The notes under the pieces: model-generated | Database searches by the model: none | The model's input: the letters and a program-made list of their open reading frames with translations, nothing else | What the model was told of the DNA's origin: nothing | Position numbers and translations under genes: made by a program | In this document: piece by piece, positions 28,977 through 39,349 of the stretch | Layout: the number at the start of each line of letters is the position of its first letter | How positions within the stretch are numbered: position 1 is the first letter of the stretch | Source of the DNA: Candidatus Bathyarchaeota archaeon | GTDB taxonomy: Archaea; Thermoproteota; Bathyarchaeia; 40CM-2-53-6 | Assembly: GCA_005888735.1 (NCBI GenBank) | Contig: VBBN01000027.1 | Span: 10,969 to 74,968, forward strand | Direction of reading: 5' to 3' | DNA: 64,000 nucleotides

Positions 28977-30236
28977 CTAGGAGTTCAAGTGCTTGACTAC
29001 AATGTCGACAAGCTGGCGGGCTACCTCTCTCTTGTCAGCGAGGGGAATATGCGTGACCCTCTTCTCTCCATCTACCACGTAGAGTTCGTTTGTCTCGGTT
29101 TGAAAGCCTACCCCTTCGTGTCCGACATCGTTTGCCGCAACGAGGTCAGCTGTCTTCTCGCTCAGTATTTCGAATGCCTCGTCTACTAGCTGGTCGTTGG
29201 ATACGTTGTACTCGGTCTTGAAGGCGACGATGAAGGCGCCGGGCTGGGCTTTTCGAACCTCAGCAATCACTTTCGGGGTTGCCTCTAGGTCAATGGTGAC
29301 GATTTTTTGTTTCCGGGTCTTGAGCTTGGTCGGAGAAGCCTTGGCTGGCCTATAATCGCTGGGCGCGCCCGCGGCGAAGACGATCTCGTGGCGGCCCTGT
29401 TTCAGCTCTCTGACTGCCGCGCTGAGCATGTCCTCCGTGCTCTCGACTCTAATGGTTTTAACCCCCTGTGGTGGTTCGGCGCTTCCCGGCCCGAGAATTA
29501 GCGTAGTCTCAGCTCCCCTCTCTACGGTTTCCTTCGCGATCGCGGCACCCATCTTTCCGGAACTGCGGTTCGTGATCACCCGGATTGGGTCTATGTGCTC
29601 AATTGTCGGGCCAGCGGTCACGAGGACCCTGCGCCCCTTCATGTCTTTTTTCTGGGCCGCAAGCCTTGCGATGACCGCTCTGACAATCTTCTCGGTTGGG
29701 GCGATCTTCGCCTTTCCCTCTACGACTTCAGGCTGGATGAACTCAATGCCGGCTTCTTCCAGACGGGCAATGTTCTGCTGTACGATTGGATGATCGTATA
29801 GGGGCTCGTGCATTGCCGGTGCGACTAGAACGGGAATCTTCGACCCGATTGCCGTAGCGGCGACGGTCGTAACGGGAGTATCGTCAATCCCAGACGCCAT
29901 TTTCCCAATGGTGTTAGCTGTGGCAGGAGCGACAAGGACCAGGTCAACCTTCCCGGGGCTGTTACCTGCAAGAGTGATGTGTTCGAGCTGGCCTGTGAGC
30001 TTCGTCACGACCGGGTTCCCGGTCGCCCACTCTAGAAGGTCAGCGCCGACCAGCTTCTCTGTTGCAGGGCTTATGACAGCGTAAACATCTGCTCCATGTC
30101 GCATGAGTTCCCGGGCGACCTCTGGCGATTTGACAGCTGCTACACTGCTTGAAATTAGTAGCGCGATCTTCCTCTCCGCCAGCTCGCCTCCTTTGCTCCC
30201 AATAATGTCCTTGGATGGATGAGTCAGAATTCCCAC
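28977..30236 (-). CDS. coaBC: Bifunctional phosphopantothenoylcysteine decarboxylase/synthetase
   Basis: APATANTIGK, PAMH, VTAGPTIEHIDPIRVITNRSSGKMG, AFKTE, AANDV. Confidence 0.95.
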   Translation of the reverse strand: MGILTHPSKDIIGSKGGELAERKIALLISSSVAAVKSPEVARELMRHGADVYAVISPATEKLVGADLLEWATGNPVVTKLTGQLEHITLAGNSPGKVDLVLVAPATANTIGKMASGIDDTPVTTVAATAIGSKIPVLVAPAMHEPLYDHPIVQQNIARLEEAGIEFIQPEVVEGKAKIAPTEKIVRAVIARLAAQKKDMKGRRVLVTAGPTIEHIDPIRVITNRSSGKMGAAIAKETVERGAETTLILGPGSAEPPQGVKTIRVESTEDMLSAAVRELKQGRHEIVFAAGAPSDYRPAKASPTKLKTRKQKIVTIDLEATPKVIAEVRKAQPGAFIVAFKTEYNVSNDQLVDEAFEILSEKTADLVAANDVGHEGVGFQTETNELYVVDGEKRVTHIPLADKREVARQLVDIVVKHLNS

Positions 30237-30241
30237 GACTC

Positions 30242-30493
30242 CTATCGCTTGAGGTGGCCGTTCTCGTAAGCCCAGTCAAGCAGGATGATTATTTCGTCAA
30301 GCGTGTATTTTCCCGCGCTGGGAGGGATGCGTTTCAAGACTTCGGGAAGGCTGGGCAGCATCGACCGGAAGAGCGCTGGCACGCGGTCGTACATAGCTTG
30401 AACCCCCGCGATAATTTCCTTCGCATCTCTCTCGCTGATGTTTGTCCCCTTCAAACCGGCCTTGATGCCCTTACTCATTTCCTTGACTTCCAC
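30242..30493 (-). CDS. Hypothetical protein
   Basis: 83-aa helical ORF 5 nt upstream of coaBC on the same strand. Confidence 0.65.
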   Translation of the reverse strand: MEVKEMSKGIKAGLKGTNISERDAKEIIAGVQAMYDRVPALFRSMLPSLPEVLKRIPPSAGKYTLDEIIILLDWAYENGHLKR

Positions 30494-30751
30494 GTATACT
30501 CCAGCCTAACCCGACGCCCGTACTGCGCCATATATCAGGTTCATGAACGAGACAATCAACTGGCCCTAAGCTCTGTTGTTAGGGCTCAGTAGTCTCCGAT
30601 GAGCCCTGGTTGGAAACTCGATATGCTAGAGCCTATTACTCAGTCTTCTCTCCTTATCGGGAGAAACGAAACTTGAAGCCTTGCACAACTTGGAGCAAGT
30701 TTCTCCGGGAAAACGAGGTCTCCAACTAGCACGAGTGGTGGATGCGAAAGA

Positions 30752-31612
30752 ATGACCCAGAAAGATCCAACTCCTCCACCGCAAGTCCCTTTCAAGCGCG
30801 GCAAGGTCAAGGACGTATACGACATTGGAAATGACCAGTTGCTCTTCGTCTTCACGGACCGGGTTTCAGCATACGACGTGGTCCTTCCGTCGACAATACC
30901 GAAGAAGGGCGAGGCGTTGTGCAAAATGGCCGCGTTCTGGTTCGACTATCTCAAGACACCCCACCACATGGTTCGCCTAAAGGATCCGCAGCGGATGATC
31001 GTCCGGAAGCTGAAGATGATACCGGTCGAGTGTGTCGTCCGAGGTTATCTCTACGGAAGCCTCTACGAGAGATTCACGAAGCACGAGATATTTCTCCCAT
31101 CGGTGGAGCCAGTTCTCGCCGCCAAACTCCCAGAACCCATCTTCGACCCGACCACAAAGTCGGAGAAAAAGGACGAGCCGATTACGGTCGAGCAGATTGA
31201 AGATGAAGGGTGGCTCGATGCAGAGCAGATTGCGGCCCTTAAGGAGAGAACCGTCAGCATCTACAAGACAATCCTGGACCGTGCGGACAGCGCTGGTTTC
31301 ATCCTCGCTGATTTGAAATTAGAGTTTGGCTTTGATGAGGAGGAGAATATCATCCTCGCGGATTCAGTTGGACCCGACGAGTTCAGGCTCTGGCCTAAAG
31401 AAAGCTACGCGCCGGGTAAGGTACAGGAGAGCTATGACAAACAGCCTATACGTGATTGGCTCTCGAAGGTAGGCTACAAGAAGAATCTTGACCAAGCGCG
31501 CAAACAGGGTATGACGGTTCCGAGGCCTCCGGACATTCCAGAAGACCTAATTTCCGAGACCAGCAGACGCTACATCATCGCTTATGAGCGCTTGACTGGG
31601 CTGAAGCTGTAA
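30752..31612 (+). CDS. purC: SAICAR synthetase
   Basis: GKVKDVY, TDRVSAYD, PVECVVRGY, DLKLEFG, DKQ. Confidence 0.96.
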   Translation: MTQKDPTPPPQVPFKRGKVKDVYDIGNDQLLFVFTDRVSAYDVVLPSTIPKKGEALCKMAAFWFDYLKTPHHMVRLKDPQRMIVRKLKMIPVECVVRGYLYGSLYERFTKHEIFLPSVEPVLAAKLPEPIFDPTTKSEKKDEPITVEQIEDEGWLDAEQIAALKERTVSIYKTILDRADSAGFILADLKLEFGFDEEENIILADSVGPDEFRLWPKESYAPGKVQESYDKQPIRDWLSKVGYKKNLDQARKQGMTVPRPPDIPEDLISETSRRYIIAYERLTGLKL

Positions 31613-31613
31613 G

Positions 31614-32663
31614 ATGCCAAGGCCTCGGACGTCTTATTCGCACGCCGGGGTCAACTTAGATCAAGTCAGCAAGTCTCATCGAATAGTAGCCCGGAAACTA
31701 GCTGTTACTTTCCAGACCAGGAAGGGAAAACTCGGCCGACCAATCTTCCCAATAGGGCACTACGCGGGACTCGTTGATGTAGGAAACAATCGCGTCCTTA
31801 GCCTGCACACAGACAGTGTCGGAACTAAAGTCCTCATTGCACGTATGATGGGAAAGTACGACACTATCGGCATCGATTGTGTGGCCATGTGCGCTAATGA
31901 CATCATCTGCACAGGCTCAGAACCCATTAGTTTCCTCGACTATCTCGCAGTATCGAAGCCAAACCCCACGATGGTCGCTAGTATCGCAGAGGGAATCGTG
32001 GTGGGGGCGAAACAGGCGGGATTGGCCGTGGTTGGAGGGGAGACTGCTGTTGTGCCGGATCTACTTTCGGAGGCAGGAATCGACCTAGTCGGAATGGCTG
32101 CTGGAATCTGCTCGAAAGGTGACTTGGTCTTAGGCGATAGGATTCGTAACGGAGATGAGCTAATCGGAGTAGCTAGTTCTGGAATTCACTCCAATGGGCT
32201 GACCCTTGCCCGGAAGGTTCTGCTGAAAAATCACCCTGTCAGAGAGGTAATCCCAGACTTGGAACGAAGCATCGGAGAGGAGCTGCTCGAACCGACTCGA
32301 ATCTACGTCAAACCGGTCCTTGAGACCTTGAAGCAGGCAGAAGTCCACGGCCTCGCACACATAACTGGAGGCGGCTTCTCCAAGCTCAACCGAATAGTCA
32401 GCCAAGCCAAGCTTGGAGCCGACCTCGACTACATGCCGACCCCTCCAGTAATATTTCGCATGCTGCAAAGTGAGGGGCGGATTGCAGAAGCTGAAATGTT
32501 CCGAACGTTCAATATGGGAATAGGATTTGTGGTAATCTGCCCAGAGGGACAATCTGCCGCTGTCTTCCGAGTTTTTCGGCGACACAAACAGGGAGCGTTT
32601 AGGATAGGGAGCGTCCAGAAGACGCGAGGAATAAGAATATTCGGAAGGCTCGTGAGCAATTAG
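31614..32663 (+). CDS. purM: AIR synthetase
   Basis: SYSHAGV, DSVGTK, GGETA, SSGIHSNG, AHITGGG, TFNMGIG. Confidence 0.96.
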   Translation: MPRPRTSYSHAGVNLDQVSKSHRIVARKLAVTFQTRKGKLGRPIFPIGHYAGLVDVGNNRVLSLHTDSVGTKVLIARMMGKYDTIGIDCVAMCANDIICTGSEPISFLDYLAVSKPNPTMVASIAEGIVVGAKQAGLAVVGGETAVVPDLLSEAGIDLVGMAAGICSKGDLVLGDRIRNGDELIGVASSGIHSNGLTLARKVLLKNHPVREVIPDLERSIGEELLEPTRIYVKPVLETLKQAEVHGLAHITGGGFSKLNRIVSQAKLGADLDYMPTPPVIFRMLQSEGRIAEAEMFRTFNMGIGFVVICPEGQSAAVFRVFRRHKQGAFRIGSVQKTRGIRIFGRLVSN

Positions 32664-33445
32664 GAAGGAGCAGCGAGAGCATCGTATAGTCGGACCAGCG
32701 TTTGATGTCGTGATGAGAAAGACGCTTCATTAGGAAAGTCTTCTCCCGCTCCTGCACCATAGCTTGACCGAGGTCTATGTCCCCGTACGCGACTGTTGCG
32801 GTCGCGGAACCTGCGGTTCCCCATGCGATGGCCAGTTTTTTTGGTTCAGATAGCCCCCGCGACGAGTCTGTTCAGTTTATCGACCTGGGTCTAATTTCCA
32901 AGTGTTTCATAGATTTCAGCCGCTTTCATGAACTGTTCTCCCGCCTCCTTGGTGAGGCCTCTCGTCAGTGCGGCCTCTCCGAGCTGGGTGCGGGCGAGAG
33001 CTTCGTGCAACACTCCCCAAGATGTTCCGCGATAAAACTCGATACTTTGCAAGAATAGCCCCTTGCCTGTTGGTCCAATCTCCCTTCGCATCCATCAGAT
33101 GCGCTTGGGCAAGAACGGACAAGATTGAAAGTGGCGAGCGCATATCCGCAAGCTTCCCAAGGGATTTCAACAGTTTAGAACCTTTTCATACCATTTCTCT
33201 CCCTCGGCGATCCGGTTCAGTCTAATCTCTGCTATGGTAAGCAGGAAACTGGCGTGTGCTTGCCAATAGGCAGAGTTGGCCTTTAGCCCGTTCTCATGCG
33301 CCCTCAGAGCCTCTGTCCGGGTCGACTCGAAATCGTCAATGTCGTCCCGCACCCGCCGTCGATGTATATGCGCCGAAATGGTGCAACACCGTCGAGTCAG
33401 GGAGGCCCAATAGCCTAGTCGACGTGACCATGGTGCTTGAAACAA
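32664..33445 (-). pseudogene. Fragmented TPR-like helical protein
   Basis: Three consecutive minus-strand ORF pieces in different frames with TPR-like helices (EGEKWYEKVL, LFLQSIEFY, EAGEQFMKAAEIYETLGN). Confidence 0.6.
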
Positions 33446-33635
33446 TCTTACAAAGCTACATTATTAGTGAAATGACAAACGCGGCTACGTCCCTATCAAC
33501 GAGAAAAGTCCGATCGTCACCGACGTGCTGGAACTGCCTAGATGTGAACGTTCAGTTCTTGTTACTGGCTGTTCAGTGTAACCAGTTACGGGACGTTTAC
33601 CCCGTTCCTGGAACGAGGACTCTATCGAGCCGGCT

Positions 33636-34163
33636 ATGGCCTCCGAAACTCGCCAGCACTACGCCAAATTTATCGTTCTAGCCGGATTGATACTCACAGG
33701 CATTGTTCTGATTGCTCTGCCTACTCCTGTGGAGCAGAATGTTCAAGTGTTCTCTGCACCGCAAGTTACCACGAATGAGCTTCCAGCTTCGATAGGTTTC
33801 GCGCCTCCAGGGTATTATGCGGACGCACACGTCACCACGAACAACGCGGTTACGGTGAAGCTTGTTCTAGTCGGTTCTGCCGTCCTGTTTTCACAGTCCT
33901 TTCCAGGAGGAACCTTTGATATTCCGCGGGTCCAGATAATCGGGGGAGGGAATCTCTTCCTTACAATTTCGTCCACGAACGGTGCTTTTACACAGATGAA
34001 CGTGTTCGCGAGGATCTTTCATGATGTCTCGACTTACCAATACGCATGGATAGGAATCGGAGTTCTAGGTGTTGCAGGCTTGTTCACTCTTGCTATTCTT
34101 CGTCCTGAGACAGGGCTCGGACGGCTGGTCTACAAGATTCTCCCAGTCATAGGACGATACTGA
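33636..34163 (+). CDS. Hypothetical membrane protein (TM, beta domain, TM)
   Basis: N- and C-terminal hydrophobic helices flanking a beta-rich domain. Confidence 0.75.
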   Translation: MASETRQHYAKFIVLAGLILTGIVLIALPTPVEQNVQVFSAPQVTTNELPASIGFAPPGYYADAHVTTNNAVTVKLVLVGSAVLFSQSFPGGTFDIPRVQIIGGGNLFLTISSTNGAFTQMNVFARIFHDVSTYQYAWIGIGVLGVAGLFTLAILRPETGLGRLVYKILPVIGRY

Positions 34164-34164
34164 G

Positions 34165-34530
34165 TTTTTCAGCGCATCCATCTCTAATCCGTCAAAACTA
34201 ACCCGGGTCTGACCCTTTCCAAGATCGGCCAGAACAAGCCCCGACTCACGATCTCTCAAAGATTACTGAGAACCCGACCGTGAGCAATGGGAGAACGAGA
34301 AAAAATGACCGGCCAAACGAGTAGCCAAACGAGAAACGAGCGAGAAACGAGCGAGCGCTCAAAAACAGCGGCCGTGGGCCTAGGTAACGGTCCCGGAATT
34401 GGGCAAACCTCGTGAGAATCCAACTCAGGCACACTACGCCCGTGTTACAGGTCTACATGATTTGCAGCTTAAGACAAAACGATGAGACCGGCGAGTCGCC
34501 TGAATCAAGCCCCAGTTTTTTGCTTACTCG
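34165..34530. repeat. Non-coding element C with AAACGAG repeats and a 35-bp block shared with element D
   Basis: AAACGAG at 34315, 34327, 34334 and 34345; 34224-34258 matches the reverse complement of 43850-43884 at 30/35. Confidence 0.65.
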
Positions 34531-37080
34531 CTAAACCTGTTCGAGCGCCCTTGTAACGTCCATTCTCGAAGCTCGAAGGGCAGGGTACAAGCTCCCTGCA
34601 ACAACAGCCAGCATCGCAAGAACAAGAGACTGGACAATTGCATTCCACGGCACGATGAAAGGCAGCCAGAATCCAGCAATCGTCGTGCTGTTAGTAGCTC
34701 CCACGAGCAGGAGGAGTCCTCCTGGAATGGCCAGTAGAAAGCCGAAGAGGCCTAGCGTGACACCCTCGCCAAGAAAGAGCCCGGTTATCTGTCCACGGCT
34801 CATCCCTTGTGAGCGCAGCAGGCCAATCTCACGCCGCCTATCTGCGACACTCATGATCATCGTCGCAGCGATTCCTAAAGTCGCAATCAAGAGCGCGAAG
34901 TAGAGAATCAAGAGTATCAAGGCGAAGATTCTATCAATAGTTCCTCGCACCAGCGAGAGAAGCTCTGAAAGTGTCACCGAGTTCTCAGCAAGATCATATT
35001 TTGGATACGCGATAGCAATATCATGCGCTATTGCCGCTGCCTGCGACTTGGTCTCAGGCTTTAGGTTAACGAGGAAGATAGGGGCGTGCATGTTTCCAGC
35101 GAAGTATTTCAGCTGGGAAGCAAAGGATACTACAATAGACTCGCTGGCGAAATTCTCTCCGAACCGGAGGTACTGAAGAACGGGCCCTGTGAACACTCCT
35201 GCGATCTTGAACTGAACGATCTTCCGAAGGCCCTGCTGGATTGCTGTTAGGCTAACATTGTCCCCTACTCCAACCCTCAGTCTGGACGCGAGTCCGGCTA
35301 GCTGGCCGTAGACATGCTCCGGGGTGGGCGAGTTTATGAAGGCATACGATATTATCTTCGGAAAATTTGCAGGGTCAACCGCGAGAACCCCAATCTGAGA
35401 TGTTACGTTAGGGTTCAGTGGGTTCACCGCCCTGACATTGGTGAAGTTTTGGCCTGGTGATAGCGGAGTCGCCACTGATACTTGTGGAAGCTGCGCCAAA
35501 TTGCTGGTGAAGCTGATAGGTATGGACTGGTTAGCCACTAGAAAGATATCCGCCCCCAGGGCCTCCCTGATGCCCTGCTCAATTGCCTGCTGGGTACCCG
35601 CCTGTATACCGCCGAGCATCACCACGAAGCTGAGAGTAATCGTGATCATTCCGAAGCAAACGGCGTTCCTGACAAGCCTCCGCCTTCCACTCCTCGAGGC
35701 CACATAGCCAACGCCACCGGAGAACTTGACGAGCGGCGCGGTGATGTACTGACTGGCTCGAGAGAAGGCTAGTCCGCCTAACACTATGAGTCCGAGCGGA
35801 ATCAAAGCGACATCAAGGTACGATATGTGGACCGGTGTTAGCCTGAACGCCTGCAACGAGCCGTACAGCAACATCACCCCGCTAGCTACCCCAATTGTCG
35901 AGTCGGAGACCCGCCTTGGCTTGTCTCTGGCACTTGGCCTTATCGCGCGAATAATGTCAATTCGACTGGCTGAAACCGCGGGATAGAGTGCGCCTGCGAC
36001 GACCGCTCCAAGCCCAGCCGCTATGCCGGTCAAGACTATGTATGGAGTAAGCTGCGTGACGGGTAGGCTGGGGATCTCAAGCAGTTGCTCTGCGACTCTT
36101 GTGAAAAGTCTTGAGAGGCCCCATCCGGCAATGAGGCCGGCACTCGCACCAACCAATCCTATTAGCAGTCCCTCGCCGAAAAATATTTTGAAGACCTGTC
36201 GTCGGGACGAGCCTACAGCCCGCATCACGCCGATCTCGTAGGTCCGCTCGTTAACTGTCATGTAGAGAGTGTTGAAAACGATGAAAGAACAGACAACGAG
36301 TGAGACCGCGACCATCGCGTTAAGCCCCAGGTTAAACCCGGTCATCTGGCCCTGAATCCTATGGACGGCCTCCGCTTTCGGCGCGGAGACGTCGAAAGCA
36401 GGCATCAGGTGCTGAAGGTCCCTCTGGACCTCCAGCGCCTTCGAAGGGTCGCTGATTGTGGCGAAGATGTGGGTTATCTTCCCCTGGAGACCGAGAGCTG
36501 TCTGCAGCTCGGGAAGAAACACGTACACAGTGCTCCCGATGTTGCGAAGCGGATTGTTGATTCCGATAACCGTAAGGCTGAGCGCAACTGTTCTCGGAGG
36601 CAGTGACGGGGTCTCGCTGAGTACCTTGATTGTTGAGCCAAGGGCAAGTCCGTACTTTGTTGTTAGAGTGTTCCCGACAACTGCAGAGCCGGGTGAGAGG
36701 GGGGCTGTGCCGGTGATGTTGAAAGTGGAATAGTCGAAGTCTGTCCGGTTAACTCCAATGAGCTGAAAAACTGTCATGTTATCTAGCGAACCGAACCAGT
36801 CTAATCGTTGGACTGTCTGGCGAATCTCCGGGACCTGGTTGACGATGCTGAGATTTCCATTTGCTTCAAACGGAAGGGGTCCTATTCCCGGGTACCGGAC
36901 AATAATGTCGGTCGCCCCCCAGAACCTGTTGATGTATCCTGTGAACTCACTGCTCGCGGCAGCGGTTGCCAGGTTTATGCCGACAAGCAGGGCAACGCCT
37001 AGCATCACGGCGACAATTGTCAGAACAGTTCTGGCTTTCCGACGTGGAAGGTTGCGGTAGGCAATCTTGGCTGAGAGCAT
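34531..37080 (-). CDS. ABC transporter permease, FtsX/MacB-like (duplicated)
   Basis: RNLPRRKARTVLT, ERTYEIGVMRAVG, DRRREIGLLRSQG, YPALRASR. Confidence 0.93.
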   Translation of the reverse strand: MLSAKIAYRNLPRRKARTVLTIVAVMLGVALLVGINLATAAASSEFTGYINRFWGATDIIVRYPGIGPLPFEANGNLSIVNQVPEIRQTVQRLDWFGSLDNMTVFQLIGVNRTDFDYSTFNITGTAPLSPGSAVVGNTLTTKYGLALGSTIKVLSETPSLPPRTVALSLTVIGINNPLRNIGSTVYVFLPELQTALGLQGKITHIFATISDPSKALEVQRDLQHLMPAFDVSAPKAEAVHRIQGQMTGFNLGLNAMVAVSLVVCSFIVFNTLYMTVNERTYEIGVMRAVGSSRRQVFKIFFGEGLLIGLVGASAGLIAGWGLSRLFTRVAEQLLEIPSLPVTQLTPYIVLTGIAAGLGAVVAGALYPAVSASRIDIIRAIRPSARDKPRRVSDSTIGVASGVMLLYGSLQAFRLTPVHISYLDVALIPLGLIVLGGLAFSRASQYITAPLVKFSGGVGYVASRSGRRRLVRNAVCFGMITITLSFVVMLGGIQAGTQQAIEQGIREALGADIFLVANQSIPISFTSNLAQLPQVSVATPLSPGQNFTNVRAVNPLNPNVTSQIGVLAVDPANFPKIISYAFINSPTPEHVYGQLAGLASRLRVGVGDNVSLTAIQQGLRKIVQFKIAGVFTGPVLQYLRFGENFASESIVVSFASQLKYFAGNMHAPIFLVNLKPETKSQAAAIAHDIAIAYPKYDLAENSVTLSELLSLVRGTIDRIFALILLILYFALLIATLGIAATMIMSVADRRREIGLLRSQGMSRGQITGLFLGEGVTLGLFGFLLAIPGGLLLLVGATNSTTIAGFWLPFIVPWNAIVQSLVLAMLAVVAGSLYPALRASRMDVTRALEQV

Positions 37081-37100
37081 ACGCGAATCCTAGGGCATTG

Positions 37101-37874
37101 CTAGTTAGGCTGGAACAGTGATTGTTGGCGTTCCGGAGGAACAGATTCTACTGCTCTAATCAAGTGCTGTTCTACAGAGGGTCTCGCAGGCTTTCCCTCA
37201 TTGATCACCCCGTCTCGCATCTCGAAGAGCCGGTCAGCTCTGCTCGACACAACCGGATCGTGTGTGACCACCATCACCGTGGCGTTCTCTTGCTTCGCAA
37301 GCTCGTACATCACCTGGACAACCGCTGAGCCTGTCTTGGTGTCAAGGTCGCCTGTCGGCTCATCGGCAAGTATGACCTTGGGACTGTTCGCCAAAGCTCG
37401 TGCAATCGCGACACGTTGCTGTTCTCCACCGCTAAGCTCGTCGGGCAAGTGATCCGTTCGATCTGCAAGCTCTACCCTTCCCAGTAGCGAATGGGCGCGC
37501 TCCCTAGCCTTTTTCGATTTCACACCAGCGGTCAGAAGGGGAAGCTCCACGTTCTCCAAGGCTGACAAGACCGGAATCAGGTTGTGGAATTGGAAGACGA
37601 AGCCGATTTTGTGCCGGCGCAGCTTGGTTAGCTGTCCATCCTTCATCCCAGAAAGGTCTTGTCCATCGATGAGGACTCTTCCACTAGTTGGCTTGTCAAG
37701 GGTTCCGATGATGTTGAGCAGTGTTGTTTTTCCTGAGCCCGAAGGTCCGGTTACAACGACGAACTCTCCCGGATGAAGTGTAAGACTCACTCCGCGAAGA
37801 GCCTTAACAACGTTCTTGCCTAAGCGGTAGCTCTTCTCCAATTTTTCTGTCTGAACAACCGCTGGAGCCTGCAA
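37101..37874 (-). CDS. ABC transporter ATP-binding protein (LolD-like)
   Basis: [30 protein letters not shown]. Confidence 0.95.
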   Translation of the reverse strand: MQAPAVVQTEKLEKSYRLGKNVVKALRGVSLTLHPGEFVVVTGPSGSGKTTLLNIIGTLDKPTSGRVLIDGQDLSGMKDGQLTKLRRHKIGFVFQFHNLIPVLSALENVELPLLTAGVKSKKARERAHSLLGRVELADRTDHLPDELSGGEQQRVAIARALANSPKVILADEPTGDLDTKTGSAVVQVMYELAKQENATVMVVTHDPVVSSRADRLFEMRDGVINEGKPARPSVEQHLIRAVESVPPERQQSLFQPN

Positions 37875-37968
37875 CAGTCTCTTACTTGTACAGGCCTCTG
37901 TCGTATCCGGAATATGTTCCTTTGCCGGGGATGAAGCCTTAAGCCATCAGGTCTATCTCGTGAATCGT

Positions 37969-38505
37969 ATGGCAGTCAGAGCCGTCATTCTCGACATTGA
38001 AACCTCATCACTGGAAGCAGATGGGGGAATCGTCGTCGGCGCGGGACTCGCCCCAGAGAAGGGCAGGAGCGAATACTTTCAGGTCAAACGGAGTCGTGAA
38101 GAGGGGACAGTTCTTTCAAAGCTGGCCCAGCGGATTCAATCATACGACGTCTTGGTGACTTGGAACGGGCGTGGCTTCGATATTCCGTTTCTCACTACTC
38201 GATTTCTCAAGCATGGGTTAGACCCGAGGCCGATTAGCTCCAAACGACACATTGACTTGAATGAGGTCGTGAAGAACCGGTTGAGGCTCACCTTCACCTA
38301 CTTGGACCACGTCTGCGATTTCTTCGCGATCGCCAAGAAGAAAGGGCCAATGGGAATGGACGTGCCACAGCTCTACGTTCGCGCACTGGAGGGAGACACC
38401 AAAGCCCTCGGAGCGATCCGGGACCACTGCCTCGATGACTTGCAAGCCACTAGGAACGTGTATCTCCGACTCAAACCTCTGATAGAACAATGGATGACCC
38501 AGTGA
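37969..38505 (+). CDS. RNase H-like 3'-5' exonuclease (YprB-like)
   Basis: LDIET, VTWNGRGFDIPFL, HIDL, HCLDDL. Confidence 0.85.
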   Translation: MAVRAVILDIETSSLEADGGIVVGAGLAPEKGRSEYFQVKRSREEGTVLSKLAQRIQSYDVLVTWNGRGFDIPFLTTRFLKHGLDPRPISSKRHIDLNEVVKNRLRLTFTYLDHVCDFFAIAKKKGPMGMDVPQLYVRALEGDTKALGAIRDHCLDDLQATRNVYLRLKPLIEQWMTQ

Positions 38506-38518
38506 CGCCTGCTCCGTT

Positions 38519-39300
38519 TCAGAATCTAAGCAAAAGGTAGGCGATCGGAGCCACGCAGAGAAGCGCCAGCCCAGTACCCACTAGGGCCCCGAACAACGGA
38601 AACACGAGCCCCGCGATTATACTGTATGGAAGGGCTGTTGCAAGGGCCGCGGTCATAAGAGGCTTGACGATCGCGCGAGAAAATTCCTCTCCTTCGGTCC
38701 TGTAGGTAAAGAGAAGTGTCAGGCTGAAAACAGCCGGAAAGGCGGCAAATATTCCGCTCCATATCGGGCCCAGCTCTTGGCTCAACAGTACGACTGTGCC
38801 CACGACCGCGCCTCCTGATAGGCCACGCCGTAGGATTTCTCGCTTGGCAGGCCTTGCACCTCCTCCCCTGATGGGAGCCAGTTTCATCTTTCGAAACAGT
38901 AGGATTGCGAGTGTGGAAACTACGGCGAGGACAACTATCGCAAGCGAAGAGTCCTTGAAATTGTAGGCTGCCGCTGGGACGGAAAGTCCAAGCCAGACTA
39001 GGATTGAGGTCGACAATGCGAATCCTGGGCCCTTTCGCACAGCGTAAGCGTACATGATGAAGAATAGGATTGTGAAGCTAAGTGCCAGTGGAAAAGAACG
39101 GGTTGCGTCGGCAGCCGCTTGAGGAGACTGATCTAGGCTGATGAATAGAAAGGAGAAGGCGGAGATTGACGGAAGGCCTCCTATCGTACCCCCAAGCCTG
39201 GTTCCACGGCGACTCGCTATTGCTGTAGCAAAGCTAATCCAGGACCCGCGGTCAGTGCCGCAAGGCCTACTCCAAGAATGCTGAGAAGAAGGTCAGGCAT
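38519..39300 (-). pseudogene. Multi-TM membrane protein with internal repeat; 1-nt frameshift near 39248
   Basis: The ATG 39300 frame (MPDLLLSILGVGLAALT) shifts to GSWISFATAIASRRGTRLGGTIGGLP, which continues into ORF 38519-39055 (second repeat LGPIWSGIFAAFP). Confidence 0.7.
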
Positions 39301-39349
39301 GGTCTAGTCGCACCGCTATGTCGAACAGTGTGTAAACCCAGATTACGTA

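Noticed and set aside
30503-30586. Integron attC site (GCCTAAC...GTTAGGG)
   Set aside because: The L boxes are not complementary, the site is upstream of genes rather than downstream, and no integron integrase is present.
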